This document shows positions 9,089-17,766 of a DNA stretch of 64,000 nt, in pieces. Below the pieces are notes generated by a model that worked only from the letters and a program-made list of their open reading frames with translations, ran no database searches and had not been told where the DNA came from. Origin of the DNA: a bacterium (lineage in GTDB: Archaea; Thermoplasmatota; E2; JACPAO01; JAHFTW01); NCBI GenBank assembly GCA_040390065.1, contig JAZJZE010000009.1, positions 520,556-584,555 of the forward strand, read 5' to 3'. Numbering within the stretch: position 1 is the first letter of the stretch; each line of letters opens with the position of its first letter. The translations under genes were made by a program, and so were the position numbers.

Positions 9089-9712
9089 CTACGGAACGCC
9101 AGGAGCGTGCGTCGCGCGTTCATCCACCGGCACGACGAACTTCAGCGCGGTGTGCGAGGCAGAGATGCGCGCCACCTTGATGTCCTTGAGGCCGGCCGCC
9201 CGGCCGGCAGCCAGCACGTCCGATTCCCGGATGTCGCGCTTTCCCTTGGGGTAGATGACCCACACTCCGCCGGTGTCGCCGATGCGGCTGCGCGCTGCGG
9301 CAAGGCCATCGAGGGCCGCGACGTCGCGCACACCGAAGAACAGGAGGTCGACGGTGCCGCCCGTCCGTGGGATGGTGGCGGTCTTGCCGAGTTCGTTCTC
9401 CAGGGCGCGCGGGACGGCGCCGGTGGTCGCAACGCGCACGCCCTCCTTCACGCCGAGCTTGTCCATGAGGCTTGGCGGCTTGCGGATCTTGTTGGCGAGC
9501 CGGTCGACCTTCTGGCCGAGCGGGAACTCCATGATGAGTCCGTCCACGCGCAACCGCAGGATGCCTTTGGCCGTGGAGACGACATCGATGAGCTTGTAGG
9601 CGACCTCGCCGCGCCGGCCGCCGCTGAAGGTGACGTGGTCGCTTGCGAAGTCGCCCTTGACGTTGACCTTCTGGCCGCCGACGGTGACCGTGCCGGCGAC
9701 TTCGTCTCCCAT
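9089..9712 (-). CDS. DUF3052-like protein with N-terminal beta-rich (PH-like) module, paralog 1
   Basis: ORF of 207 aa. The C-terminal GGVWVIYPKGKRDIRESDVLAAGRAAGLKDIKVARISASHTALKFV resembles DUF3052. It shares architecture and the WV(I/V)YP(K/R)G...ALK(F/L)V motif with 10284..11000. Confidence 0.6.
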   Translation of the reverse strand: MGDEVAGTVTVGGQKVNVKGDFASDHVTFSGGRRGEVAYKLIDVVSTAKGILRLRVDGLIMEFPLGQKVDRLANKIRKPPSLMDKLGVKEGVRVATTGAVPRALENELGKTATIPRTGGTVDLLFFGVRDVAALDGLAAARSRIGDTGGVWVIYPKGKRDIRESDVLAAGRAAGLKDIKVARISASHTALKFVVPVDERATHAPGVP

Positions 9713-9752
9713 GGCTGTTGCCAGGGCGGACGGCTACTTGGAGTGAACGCCG

Positions 9753-10235
9753 CTAACGGCGCATGGGGCGCTTGGCCGGCGTGCCGTGTTCCGGGGAGGC
9801 GTGCGGCGGTTTCCCCAGCCAGCCGATGTCGGCGCCGAGGAAGTCCAGGATGTCGACGGCGAGTTGGCGGTACCCGCCCGGCGCCGATGGCTTGCTGAAG
9901 AATGCCGTGGCGTCCGCCATCATGGACTCGGCCCGGTCGTCGGGGTCCGTCGACGCGGTCAGGATGATGATGGGCCAGCGCGCCAGATTGCCCTCGTGGC
10001 GGATGCGGTCGACGAGGTCGATGCCCGACATGCCCGGCAGTCCGATGTCGACGACGGCAAAACGCGGCCACAACGATCGCGGTGAACGCAGCATGGCGTC
10101 CACGCTGGCCCACGCACCGGCGGCGTCGCCCTGGATGTCGAAGCGGTCGGTGTACCCCGATTGGCGGAATGCCTCCGTGAGAAGGCGCTGGTGCACCTTG
10201 CTGTCCTCGACGATGAGGATCAGGGGCTCTTCCAT
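9753..10235 (-). CDS. Stand-alone CheY-like response regulator receiver
   Basis: Within ORF 9753..10283. ATG 10235 gives MEEPLILIVEDS. The phospho-acceptor context is FAVVDIGLPGMSG, followed by IIILTAS and FFSKP. No output domain is present. Confidence 0.85.
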   Translation of the reverse strand: MEEPLILIVEDSKVHQRLLTEAFRQSGYTDRFDIQGDAAGAWASVDAMLRSPRSLWPRFAVVDIGLPGMSGIDLVDRIRHEGNLARWPIIILTASTDPDDRAESMMADATAFFSKPSAPGGYRQLAVDILDFLGADIGWLGKPPHASPEHGTPAKRPMRR

Positions 10236-10283
10236 GGCAACGGTGAGAACGGCCGGGGCCCTTAAGCGGTTGCCGGCCGCCAC

Positions 10284-11000
10284 TTATGAGGACGCGACGG
10301 GGACGGGGGGCCGCGGCACGAGTTTCAGGGCGGCGTGCCGGCTCGAGACCTGGAGTTCCAGTTCGCCATCGAGGTCGAAGTAGAGACCCGCCTTGGCGAC
10401 GGCCTCCGTGCCGATCTCGCGGTGCCCACGCGGGTACACGACCCAGAGCGTGCCGCCGGATTTCAGCGTCGCGAGGCAGGCACCGATGGACGCCAGGCTG
10501 CGTTCGTCCGAGACCCCGACCACGAGCATGTCGACGCCGGCCGGGGCGCGCACGGCTTCCTGCAGGCGCCGCCGCCGCAACAGCCGATACACCCACGCAT
10601 CAGGCAAGCCAACGACCGCGACGGCGTCACCCTGGCGCGCGCCAAGGACTTCCAGCGGGGACGGGGCGTCTTCCATCTTGCGGGCAAAGCGGCGGGCGCG
10701 GCGCTGCTCCTGCATGTCCATCTTGGCTTCGCCGTCGGGGAAGCGGATGTGGATGTACGACCCGTACTGCCAGACTTCCGTGACGTCCGTGTATGGTAGG
10801 CGGCCTTCAGCGCCGGGGGAGAACGTGATGGCGTAGCGGCCGAGCGTGGCGTGCACCGACTCCGTCGTCCCGCCATGGGTCCACTCGGTGCGTGCCCGGA
10901 AGGCCACGGCCTCGGACTCCACCTCCAGGTATATGGGCTTCGCGGAGACGGACGGCCGACGCCGAAACGTGCCGCGGTCAATCCTTTGCATTGCGCGCAT
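10284..11000 (-). CDS. DUF3052-like protein with N-terminal beta-rich module, paralog 2
   Basis: C-terminal part of ORF 10284..11438, starting MRAMQRIDRG (ATG 11000, or ATG 10991). It ends GGTLWVVYPRGHREIGTEAVAKAG...SSRHAALKLV. The 5' part of the ORF is shadow frame. The start overlaps the trmY stop. Confidence 0.6.
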   Translation of the reverse strand: MRAMQRIDRGTFRRRPSVSAKPIYLEVESEAVAFRARTEWTHGGTTESVHATLGRYAITFSPGAEGRLPYTDVTEVWQYGSYIHIRFPDGEAKMDMQEQRRARRFARKMEDAPSPLEVLGARQGDAVAVVGLPDAWVYRLLRRRRLQEAVRAPAGVDMLVVGVSDERSLASIGACLATLKSGGTLWVVYPRGHREIGTEAVAKAGLYFDLDGELELQVSSRHAALKLVPRPPVPVASS

Positions 11001-11604
11001 CAGAGGAAACGGGGGCCTGCCGGCGGTCCATCCACCATTGGGCGACGGCGATGGCGTGGTTGCCGTGGTACCAGTGCGGGCCCAGGCTGACGCGCTGCGC
11101 CCCGGCCGCCTCGATGGCGCGATATTCGGCCGCGCTGAACGGCACGTGGTCGGAAAGAAGCAGGATAGGGTCTGCCGGCGGCATCCAGGAATCGATGGCG
11201 GCCCCGGCGGGGTCGAGCAGCACGAACGTCCCCTTTCCCTTGAGGTCGACAAGGAGCTCCTCCAGGCCGAAGGCCGCGACGGACAGGCCGCGCTGCACCT
11301 CCTTCCAATCGGGCACGGACCATGACGCCTTGAGGGCCTGCTGCAGGCGCGCCGCCGTGGAGCGCTCGTCCGGGTTGAGCATCTGGATCTTGGCGCCCTC
11401 GATGCGCACGGTCTTCTGGCGCACTGGGCTGCGGGCAAAAACGGCGTAGGATTCGACGTCCTCGCGCAGGCCGTGGCTCAGGAAGAACGCCGCTTGCATG
11501 TTGCGGCACAGCACGTCGACGCGGCCCGCCGCGGCCGATAGTTCGTTCAGGCTCCAGTCGCCCGACGATTCACCGGTGTGCGAGACCGTGACGAAGCGCC
11601 GCAT
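10978..11604 (-). CDS. trmY: tRNA (pseudouridine54-N1)-methyltransferase TrmY (SPOUT, DUF358)
   Basis: C-terminal 208 codons of ORF 10978..12195. GRVDVLCRNMQAAFFLSHGLREDVESYAVF, MLNPDERSTA and LLLSDHVPFS resemble the M. jannaschii TrmY family. ATG 11604 shares a base with the upstream stop (TGATG). Confidence 0.8.
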   Translation of the reverse strand: MRRFVTVSHTGESSGDWSLNELSAAAGRVDVLCRNMQAAFFLSHGLREDVESYAVFARSPVRQKTVRIEGAKIQMLNPDERSTAARLQQALKASWSVPDWKEVQRGLSVAAFGLEELLVDLKGKGTFVLLDPAGAAIDSWMPPADPILLLSDHVPFSAAEYRAIEAAGAQRVSLGPHWYHGNHAIAVAQWWMDRRQAPVSSDARNAKD

Positions 11605-12242
11605 CAGCCCACCGGACGCGCCCAGGCGCCGAGGTCCGAGAGGCGAACCAGCAGGCCATCGGCGTTGGGGCTCGTCGGGGCGGGCGGCCCGTCCTGCTCG
11701 TCGACAAGGAACGTCTCGGCGCCGGATACCCAGAGGTGCCGCGTGGTGAAGACCCGGTCGCAGCAGTCGGCCGTCTGGCGGGTGGCGGGGACCGTGGCTG
11801 GCGCCATGGCCTGAAGGTCGTCGCGGATGGCGGACAAAGCATCTGGGCCCATCATGGCCATGCGGGCGTCGGCCACGAGGTCGCGCCCGCAATCGATGGT
11901 GCCGTTGCGGCCGAGCGAACGAGCAGCCACCTCGAGTGCTTGCTGCACCTCGGCCGCGCACCAGCCCGTGCGGCCCGCGACGCCCCAGGGTTGGCCTTGC
12001 AGCCGCAGGACCGTGCCGTCCGAGAAGACGAGCACGCCGCTTGCGCCCGAGCTCCAGCCCGCGATGCCGCCCGCAGTCCGGTTGACGACGGCGGCGATGA
12101 TGGCGCCCTGCGGGACGCCAGATGGGACGGCGGCGGCGTCGGGGATGAGGGAGCCGTCGGCGAGGCGGCGAACGCCGGTCGGTTCGGACGTACAACCGGC
12201 CAGGATGGGGACGAGGAGGACGGCGACGACGACGAGGCGCAC
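11604..12242 (-). CDS. Hypothetical lipoprotein
   Basis: C-terminal part of ORF 11604..12632. GTG 12242 gives VRLVVVAVLLVPILAGCTSEP (signal plus lipobox). It is translationally coupled to trmY. Confidence 0.6.
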   Translation of the reverse strand: MRLVVVAVLLVPILAGCTSEPTGVRRLADGSLIPDAAAVPSGVPQGAIIAAVVNRTAGGIAGWSSGASGVLVFSDGTVLRLQGQPWGVAGRTGWCAAEVQQALEVAARSLGRNGTIDCGRDLVADARMAMMGPDALSAIRDDLQAMAPATVPATRQTADCCDRVFTTRHLWVSGAETFLVDEQDGPPAPTSPNADGLLVRLSDLGAWARPVG

Positions 12243-12342
12243 AGGCCGCCCAGCGCTGGGGTCCTCATGGCCTTGGCGATGGCGGGGTGCGACGCCGAAC
12301 GCTTCCGGCAACCCTTTGTCCAGGCAGGTGGCTCCAGGAGAC

Positions 12343-12768
12343 ATGGGCGACGCGGACACGCTCTCCCGGTTGCACTTTCCCCGCGGCCTCGAACTCGGCT
12401 TGGCCGGCGGCGTCCTTCTGCGCTTCTCCGAGGTGGAGATCGAGACGAAAGGCAAGCTGCACGAGCCGCGGCCGGACTTTGCCATCCGTCTCGGAGCCAA
12501 ACTGGGCGACGTGCGTCTGCTCGAGATCATGATGCCGGAACTGGGCATCCTTCTGGCGCAAGTGGCGGCCTCCGCTGACCACGAGGATGCAACGCTGGAA
12601 TTGACGGCGGGGCCGCGCCAATTGAAGCGCATCGCCGAGGCCGCGCAGGCCGTGGGGGCCGCGCCGGAGCCGCAGCAGCTTGCCGCCAGTGCCGACTGGA
12701 TGACTGCCGTGTTCGACCTTCCCGCCTACGACCCCGGCTACTTGTCCGTCATCCCGGCCGTGGCTTGA
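12343..12768 (+). CDS. Hypothetical protein (141 aa)
   Basis: C-terminal part of ORF 11827..12768 from ATG 12343 (MGDADTLSRLHFPRG...). Its amino-acid composition looks protein-like compared with the upstream shadow part. No family recognised. Confidence 0.5.
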   Translation: MGDADTLSRLHFPRGLELGLAGGVLLRFSEVEIETKGKLHEPRPDFAIRLGAKLGDVRLLEIMMPELGILLAQVAASADHEDATLELTAGPRQLKRIAEAAQAVGAAPEPQQLAASADWMTAVFDLPAYDPGYLSVIPAVA

Positions 12769-13366
12769 TCCAGTCGCGCAGCAGGTCCATCTGCTGGATG
12801 ACGGACATCCACCCGTCGTCGCCTTGACCGCAATTGAGCCGCGCCATGCGGTCCCCGGCACGGACGATGACCTCGCCGCAGTCGGCGATGCCGACGGGCT
12901 TTGGGTCCTGCGCGCGGGCAAGGGCGGCGTCGATGGCGCGCCATGCGGCATCGCGGTCGCTGGCCGAAAGGGTGGCCGTGCGCACCTCGACGATGCGGAC
13001 CCCATCCGGGCCTCCGGCCGCCCCGTAGATGGTGCCGTCCGAGAACAGGGGCTCGACGATGGGTCGCCACTGTGACAGGTTCTGCGGGATGATGACGGCC
13101 GACTCCGACGCGCCGTTCCCGTTCATGCGGATCTGGTAGCCGACGTACAGCACGTGGCCGTCGCGGTCCAGGCCGACGTACGGCAGCGTCGGGCCGTAGC
13201 CGTCCGGGCCGACGGGGATGAACCCATACGTCCGGCCCTCCTCGACGGCGGGGCCGCCCCACGCCGACCAGGCACCCGCTGCGGCGCCGGGCGTGACGGG
13301 CGTGGTCGAGCCGCAGCCGGCAAGAAGCGTCCCGATTGCGACAATGGTGAGGAGCGAAATGCGCAT
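12749..13366 (-). CDS. Hypothetical lipoprotein
   Basis: Within ORF 12749..13567. ATG 13366 gives MRISLLTIVAIGTLLAGCGST (signal plus lipobox). Confidence 0.65.
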   Translation of the reverse strand: MRISLLTIVAIGTLLAGCGSTTPVTPGAAAGAWSAWGGPAVEEGRTYGFIPVGPDGYGPTLPYVGLDRDGHVLYVGYQIRMNGNGASESAVIIPQNLSQWRPIVEPLFSDGTIYGAAGGPDGVRIVEVRTATLSASDRDAAWRAIDAALARAQDPKPVGIADCGEVIVRAGDRMARLNCGQGDDGWMSVIQQMDLLRDWIKPRPG

Positions 13367-13424
13367 CGACTGGGATGGATGCGCCGGGGCCATGAACGTC
13401 GCGGTTTTGTTGGGGACGTGCCGA

Positions 13425-13766
13425 CTACGCGAGGCGGCTGACGAGTTCCTTGCGGGCCGCCTCGAAGAGGCGTTCCGCCTGGCCGGCTTGGTCCGCCGTC
13501 GGCATTGCCCCGCCCTTGGCTCCCTGCTCCATGGCCTTGCAGAGGGCGGCAAGCTCCAAAGCACCAAATGTCGCGGCCGTCGACTTGAGGGTGTGGTAGC
13601 TGCGCTGCGCCGTCACGATGTCCTTCATGCCGATGGCGGCGCGACCCTCCGCCAACTGCTTCGGGCCCTCTTCAAGGAACGCCTGGATCAGCTCCTTGAC
13701 GACTTCGCGGTCACCACCCATGTCGTCCATGAGCACTCGGATCGCGCCCTCGTCAATTGCCGCCAC
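13425..13766 (-). CDS. Histidine phosphotransfer (HPt) domain protein
   Basis: ORF 13425..13877. SYHTLKSTAATFGALELAALCKAME is the HPt His-containing helix motif (HxxKS..FGA). GTG 13766 is preferred because it removes the overlap with the divergent gene. ATG 13877 is the alternative. Confidence 0.7.
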   Translation of the reverse strand: MAAIDEGAIRVLMDDMGGDREVVKELIQAFLEEGPKQLAEGRAAIGMKDIVTAQRSYHTLKSTAATFGALELAALCKAMEQGAKGGAMPTADQAGQAERLFEAARKELVSRLA

Positions 13767-13837
13767 GCCCGGTGCAAGGGCCTTCCCCCTCAAACCGTTT
13801 CCCCAACGCACAAGTCCCCGCGCCGGCTGGCCTTGGT

Positions 13838-14251
13838 GTGACCGGTCCCCTGAACCTGCGCCGGCACCCGAAGGCAAGCCCCGTTGCAGAGCCGTGGCGT
13901 GATGCGCGCCTCGACGAGGGCTTGCGGCTGTTCAACGAGGGCCATCATTGGCACGCCCATGAAGCGCTTGAACCGCTTTGGATGGGACTGGAAGGCGAGG
14001 AGAAGCTGTTCGTGCAGGGCATCATCATGGCGGCCGCGATGCTCGTGCAGTATGACAAGCGCGTGGAGCGCGGTGTCGCCAACCACTGGGCCAACGTGCG
14101 GCAACGCCTCGCCGCGAGTGCACCGACGAAATGGGGAATCGACGTCGCCGGCCTCCTGGCGCAACTCGAGACCTACGCCAACGCGGCCAAGGACGGGGCG
14201 TGGGGATTGCCCGCCGGGGCTGTCCGCATCACGCGCAAGCCCTTCAGTTGA
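13838..14251 (+). CDS. DUF309 domain protein
   Basis: ORF 13757..14251. LFNEGHHWHAHEALEPLW...FVQGIIMAAA matches the DUF309 signature (FN.G.YWEAHE.LE..W). GTG 13838 is the likely start. Confidence 0.65.
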   Translation: MTGPLNLRRHPKASPVAEPWRDARLDEGLRLFNEGHHWHAHEALEPLWMGLEGEEKLFVQGIIMAAAMLVQYDKRVERGVANHWANVRQRLAASAPTKWGIDVAGLLAQLETYANAAKDGAWGLPAGAVRITRKPFS

Positions 14252-14693
14252 GGCTGCCGGGCTCGTTGCCCGTGGCGACGGGGTAGCCTTCCTCGCGCCA
14301 ACCCTCGATGCCGTTGAGCATCTCCTTGACCTTGAAGCCGAGGCCTGCCAGGCGCAGGGCCCCCTTGGTCGAGGCGTTGCAGCCGACGCCGGCGCAGTAG
14401 CACACGTACGTGGCGTTGCGGTCCAAACGGGCCGTGGACTCGGCCGTGATGTGGCGGTAGGGGAGGTTGACGGCGCCCGGGACGTGACCCTTGGCGTAGG
14501 ATTCCGGGCGGCGGGTGTCGACCACGACGAGTCCGGCGATGCCCTTCTGGACATCCGCGTGCACGTCGCTGGGGTCCGTCTCGAAGGCCAGGCGGGCGGC
14601 GAAGTGGCCGACGGCGAGGGCGGGTTCGGCAGCAGGCGTCTCCAGGACGGCCGAGAAGCGGGCGACGTTGACTGCGGTGGGCACCGTGGTCAT
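14244..14693 (-). CDS. Rhodanese-domain sulfurtransferase
   Basis: ORF of 149 aa. LVVVDTRRPESYAKGHVPGAVNLP plus the active-site loop CYCAGVGCNAS and C-terminal GWREEGYP. Confidence 0.85.
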   Translation of the reverse strand: MTTVPTAVNVARFSAVLETPAAEPALAVGHFAARLAFETDPSDVHADVQKGIAGLVVVDTRRPESYAKGHVPGAVNLPYRHITAESTARLDRNATYVCYCAGVGCNASTKGALRLAGLGFKVKEMLNGIEGWREEGYPVATGNEPGSLN

Positions 14694-14817
14694 GGGGATG
14701 GCCAGGCACGGCCGGCTCTTGAGGATGACGACCCGCGCGTTCGCACGACCGTGAACCTGTTCAATGCTTAACCTCCGACATGATTAAACATGGACACGGC
14801 TCACAGGGGTCCAACCC

Positions 14818-15267
14818 ATGGCCGCAAACCCCTCCGCCGACACGCTTGCCGGGCAGCTCGTCGATACCACGTTGCAGATCCTCTGCGCCATCCGCACCGA
14901 GATGCGCACCAGCACGGACCTCACGATGGCGCAGTTTCGCACCCTCATGCACCTGCACCGCTCCGCCGGCACCAGCCTCTCCGAACTGGCCGACGACGTC
15001 GGCGTGAGCCCGCCCGCCATGAGCAAGCTCATCGACGGCCTGGTGGAGCGCAACCTGGTGGCGCGTACACCGCAAGCCGAGGACCGCCGCCGCGTCGAAC
15101 TGGTCGTCAGCCCCGAAGGTCGCCGCGTCCTCGACCGCGTCCGCCAGGCGGTGCGCGCCCGCCTCGCCGAACGGCTGGCGACACTGTCCGCCGGCGACCG
15201 CGGCGCCATCGCCGCCGCCCTCACGCACTTGGACAACGCACTCGACGCCCCAGAGGTACTCGCATGA
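14818..15267 (+). CDS. MarR-family transcriptional regulator
   Basis: ORF of 149 aa. LTMAQFRTLMHLHRSAGTSLSELADDVGVSPPAMSKLIDGLVERNLVAR...DRRRV is the MarR wHTH core. Its stop overlaps the transporter start (ATGA). Confidence 0.9.
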   Translation: MAANPSADTLAGQLVDTTLQILCAIRTEMRTSTDLTMAQFRTLMHLHRSAGTSLSELADDVGVSPPAMSKLIDGLVERNLVARTPQAEDRRRVELVVSPEGRRVLDRVRQAVRARLAERLATLSAGDRGAIAAALTHLDNALDAPEVLA

Positions 15268-17270
15268 GCGACGCCCGCTCAACGACGCCGGCCCCCACGC
15301 CGGCAGGCGGCCCAGCCGCCGACCCTGGTGCGACGCACAGCAAGCTCAGCCACCGCCAGATCCTCATCATCTTCTCGGGCCTGATGCTCGGCATGTTCCT
15401 GTCCGCGCTGGACAACACCATCGTCACGACGGCCCTGACGAGCATCGTCGGCGACCTCGGTGGCCAGAGCCAGGCGACGTGGGTCGTCACCTCGTACCTC
15501 CTCACGAGCACCATCACGATCCTGATGTGGGGCCGCCTGTCGGACATCTATGGCCGCAAGCTGCTGTTCCAGATCTCCATCGGCGCATTCCTTGGCGCCT
15601 CCGCGCTCGTGGGCCTTGCCAACAGCATGACGTTCCTCGTCCTGGCCCGTGGCCTGCAGGGCATCGGCGCAGGCGGCATCATGAGCCTCGCCTTCGCCAT
15701 CATCGGCGACATCCTATCCCCTCGCGAGAGAGGGAAGTACATGGGCCTCATGGGCTCCGTGTTCCTCTTTGCCATGATCATCGGCCCGCTGCTTGGCGGC
15801 CTCATCGTGGAGCACATGCACATCGGCAACATCGCGCCGTGGCGCTGGGTGTTCTACATCAACATCCCGATCGGCATCCCGGCCTTGTTCATCACGGGCA
15901 TCGTCCTGCGCCTACCCTTCCACAAGCAGCCCGGCAAGATCGACTTCCTTGGCTTCGGCCTCATGGCCCTCGGCACCTGCTCCTTGATCCTGGGCTTGCT
16001 GTGGGCCGGCCAGCCCGCCAGCTGGGACCAATCATACAACCTGCGCTGGTTCCCCGGCGTCGGCGACGCGGCACCCATCGGCGGCGTCGCCCCAAGCGCC
16101 GGCGTCGCCACGTTCCTCGGCGACTGGGTCGTCACGATCCTGCTTGCCGTCGGCGTCGTCGTGACGACGCTGTTCGTCTATAGCCAGGCAAAGGTCAAGC
16201 AGCCGCTCCTGCCGCTCAGCCTCTTCCGCCACCGCACGTACGCCCTCGGCTCCTTCGTGAGCTTCGTGGTGGGCGCCGCCATGTTCGGCGGCTTCGTCTT
16301 CCTGCCCACGTACCTGCAGATGAGCACCGGCGTGTCCGAGACCCTGTCGGGCCTCCTCATGTTGCCCCTCATGGCCGGCATGTTCCCCGCCATGACGATT
16401 TCGGGCATCCTTGTCAGCAAGACCGGCCGCTACAAGATCTGGCCACTCATCGGCTTGCCCGTCGGCGCCGGCGGGCTCCTATGGCTCTCGACCATCGGGG
16501 CATCGACGCCTTTGTGGTACACTGGCTTCGGCATGTTCCTCCTGGGCGCCGGCATTGGCTTCACCATGCAGGTCATCGTCGTGGCCGTGCAGAACGTCCT
16601 CGAGCCGCGCCAACTCGGCATCGGCACGAGCGCCAACACGTTCATGCGCCAGATCGGCGGCGTCGTCGGCATCGGCTTGTTCGGCGCCTACTATGCAAGC
16701 CGCATCATCGCGCTCATCCCGAAGGCACTCGCCGCCGCAGCTGGGGACCCGACCGTCGACCTCACACCCATCAAGTCAGGCTTCCGCGTCGGCCCCGAGG
16801 CCGTGCACCAGTACCACGAGCCCCTGCACAGCATTGTGACCGGCGGCTTTGCGGACACCATCGCGCACATCTTCCTGTTCGCAGCACCCGTGATGCTGCT
16901 CGGCTGGGTCGCCGTCTTCTTCCTCAAGGAGATCCCCCTGCGCCAGACCCGCAGCGTCGGCGGCGCCGCAGCGATGGAAGGCGGCCACGCACCCGATGCG
17001 CCATCAGCGCCGGCTTCGACGCCATCGCCCACGCCCGCCGCCCCGGTCCTTGCCGCGAGCGTTACGGCACGGAATCCAAACAGTGGCAACGGCCACACGA
17101 ATGGGGGCGGCACACCAGCGCGGCCCAGCCACGCCATTGCGCCGACCCCGCACCCGTCCGTCACGCTCCGTGAGCGCCCGGCGCAGTCCGCGTACACCAT
17201 CGACGAACTGCACCGCCGCGTCGACGCCATCCCGCATCCGACGCAGCGCCCGATGCGCCGCCGGCGCTAG
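15264..17270 (+). CDS. MFS drug/H+ antiporter (DHA2, EmrB/QacA-like) with Pro/Ala-rich C-terminal tail
   Basis: In frame with ORF 14790..17270. ATG 15264 gives MSDARSTT... It contains LSALDNTIVTTALTSIVGDLGG and GRLSDIYGRK motifs and many TM segments. The last ~90 aa are low-complexity. Confidence 0.9.
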   Translation: MSDARSTTPAPTPAGGPAADPGATHSKLSHRQILIIFSGLMLGMFLSALDNTIVTTALTSIVGDLGGQSQATWVVTSYLLTSTITILMWGRLSDIYGRKLLFQISIGAFLGASALVGLANSMTFLVLARGLQGIGAGGIMSLAFAIIGDILSPRERGKYMGLMGSVFLFAMIIGPLLGGLIVEHMHIGNIAPWRWVFYINIPIGIPALFITGIVLRLPFHKQPGKIDFLGFGLMALGTCSLILGLLWAGQPASWDQSYNLRWFPGVGDAAPIGGVAPSAGVATFLGDWVVTILLAVGVVVTTLFVYSQAKVKQPLLPLSLFRHRTYALGSFVSFVVGAAMFGGFVFLPTYLQMSTGVSETLSGLLMLPLMAGMFPAMTISGILVSKTGRYKIWPLIGLPVGAGGLLWLSTIGASTPLWYTGFGMFLLGAGIGFTMQVIVVAVQNVLEPRQLGIGTSANTFMRQIGGVVGIGLFGAYYASRIIALIPKALAAAAGDPTVDLTPIKSGFRVGPEAVHQYHEPLHSIVTGGFADTIAHIFLFAAPVMLLGWVAVFFLKEIPLRQTRSVGGAAAMEGGHAPDAPSAPASTPSPTPAAPVLAASVTARNPNSGNGHTNGGGTPARPSHAIAPTPHPSVTLRERPAQSAYTIDELHRRVDAIPHPTQRPMRRRR

Positions 17271-17758
17271 TAACGGTCGCGGATACGCCTGGCCGGCACG
17301 CCCGCCCAGAACTCGCCGGCCGGCACGTCGCGGTTGACCAAGCTCATGGCTCCGATCACGGCGCCGTCGCCGATTGTGACGCCGGCGAGGATGGTGCAGT
17401 TCGCGCCAATCGACACCGCCTTGCCGATGTGCACGTCCCCGAGCTGGTACGTCCCATGCGTGTACCCGTGCGAGAGGATCGTGGTGTTGTAGCCGATGAC
17501 GCAGTCGTCGCCGATGTGGATGCGACCGGGGAAGAGCACGTCGATCTGCGCGTCGAGCCCAAGGCTCACGTCCCGGCCGATGTGGGCCCCGGCCACGCGC
17601 GCAAACCCTCGCCGCGCGGCGTACCACGGCATGCGGTTGGCGGCGCGCAGCCACACCCAGTTCCAGCCGACGCGCCAGCGGCTGACGTCGCGAAACGAGT
17701 ACAGGAGGCTGTTGCGAGGCCCGCGGCTGGGGCGGACCTCGACGCCGGGATGGGGCAC
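17267..17758 (-). CDS. Hexapeptide-repeat (left-handed beta-helix) acyl/acetyltransferase
   Basis: ORF of 163 aa with IHIGDDCVIGYNTTIL, VHIGKAVSIGANCTILAGVTIGDGAVIGAMSLV and PAGEFWAGVPARRI. Confidence 0.85.
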   Translation of the reverse strand: MPHPGVEVRPSRGPRNSLLYSFRDVSRWRVGWNWVWLRAANRMPWYAARRGFARVAGAHIGRDVSLGLDAQIDVLFPGRIHIGDDCVIGYNTTILSHGYTHGTYQLGDVHIGKAVSIGANCTILAGVTIGDGAVIGAMSLVNRDVPAGEFWAGVPARRIRDRY

Positions 17759-17766
17759 GCTCGGCC

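Noticed and set aside
14790-17270. N-terminal extensions of longest ORFs (14790..17270, 30347..32407, 33793..35589, 29845..31182, 49483..51714, 10978..12195, 2754..3962, 36108..37409)
   Set aside because: The upstream parts overlap other well-supported genes or read as shadow-frame composition. Domain boundaries, start/stop overlaps and TATA spacing support internal starts.
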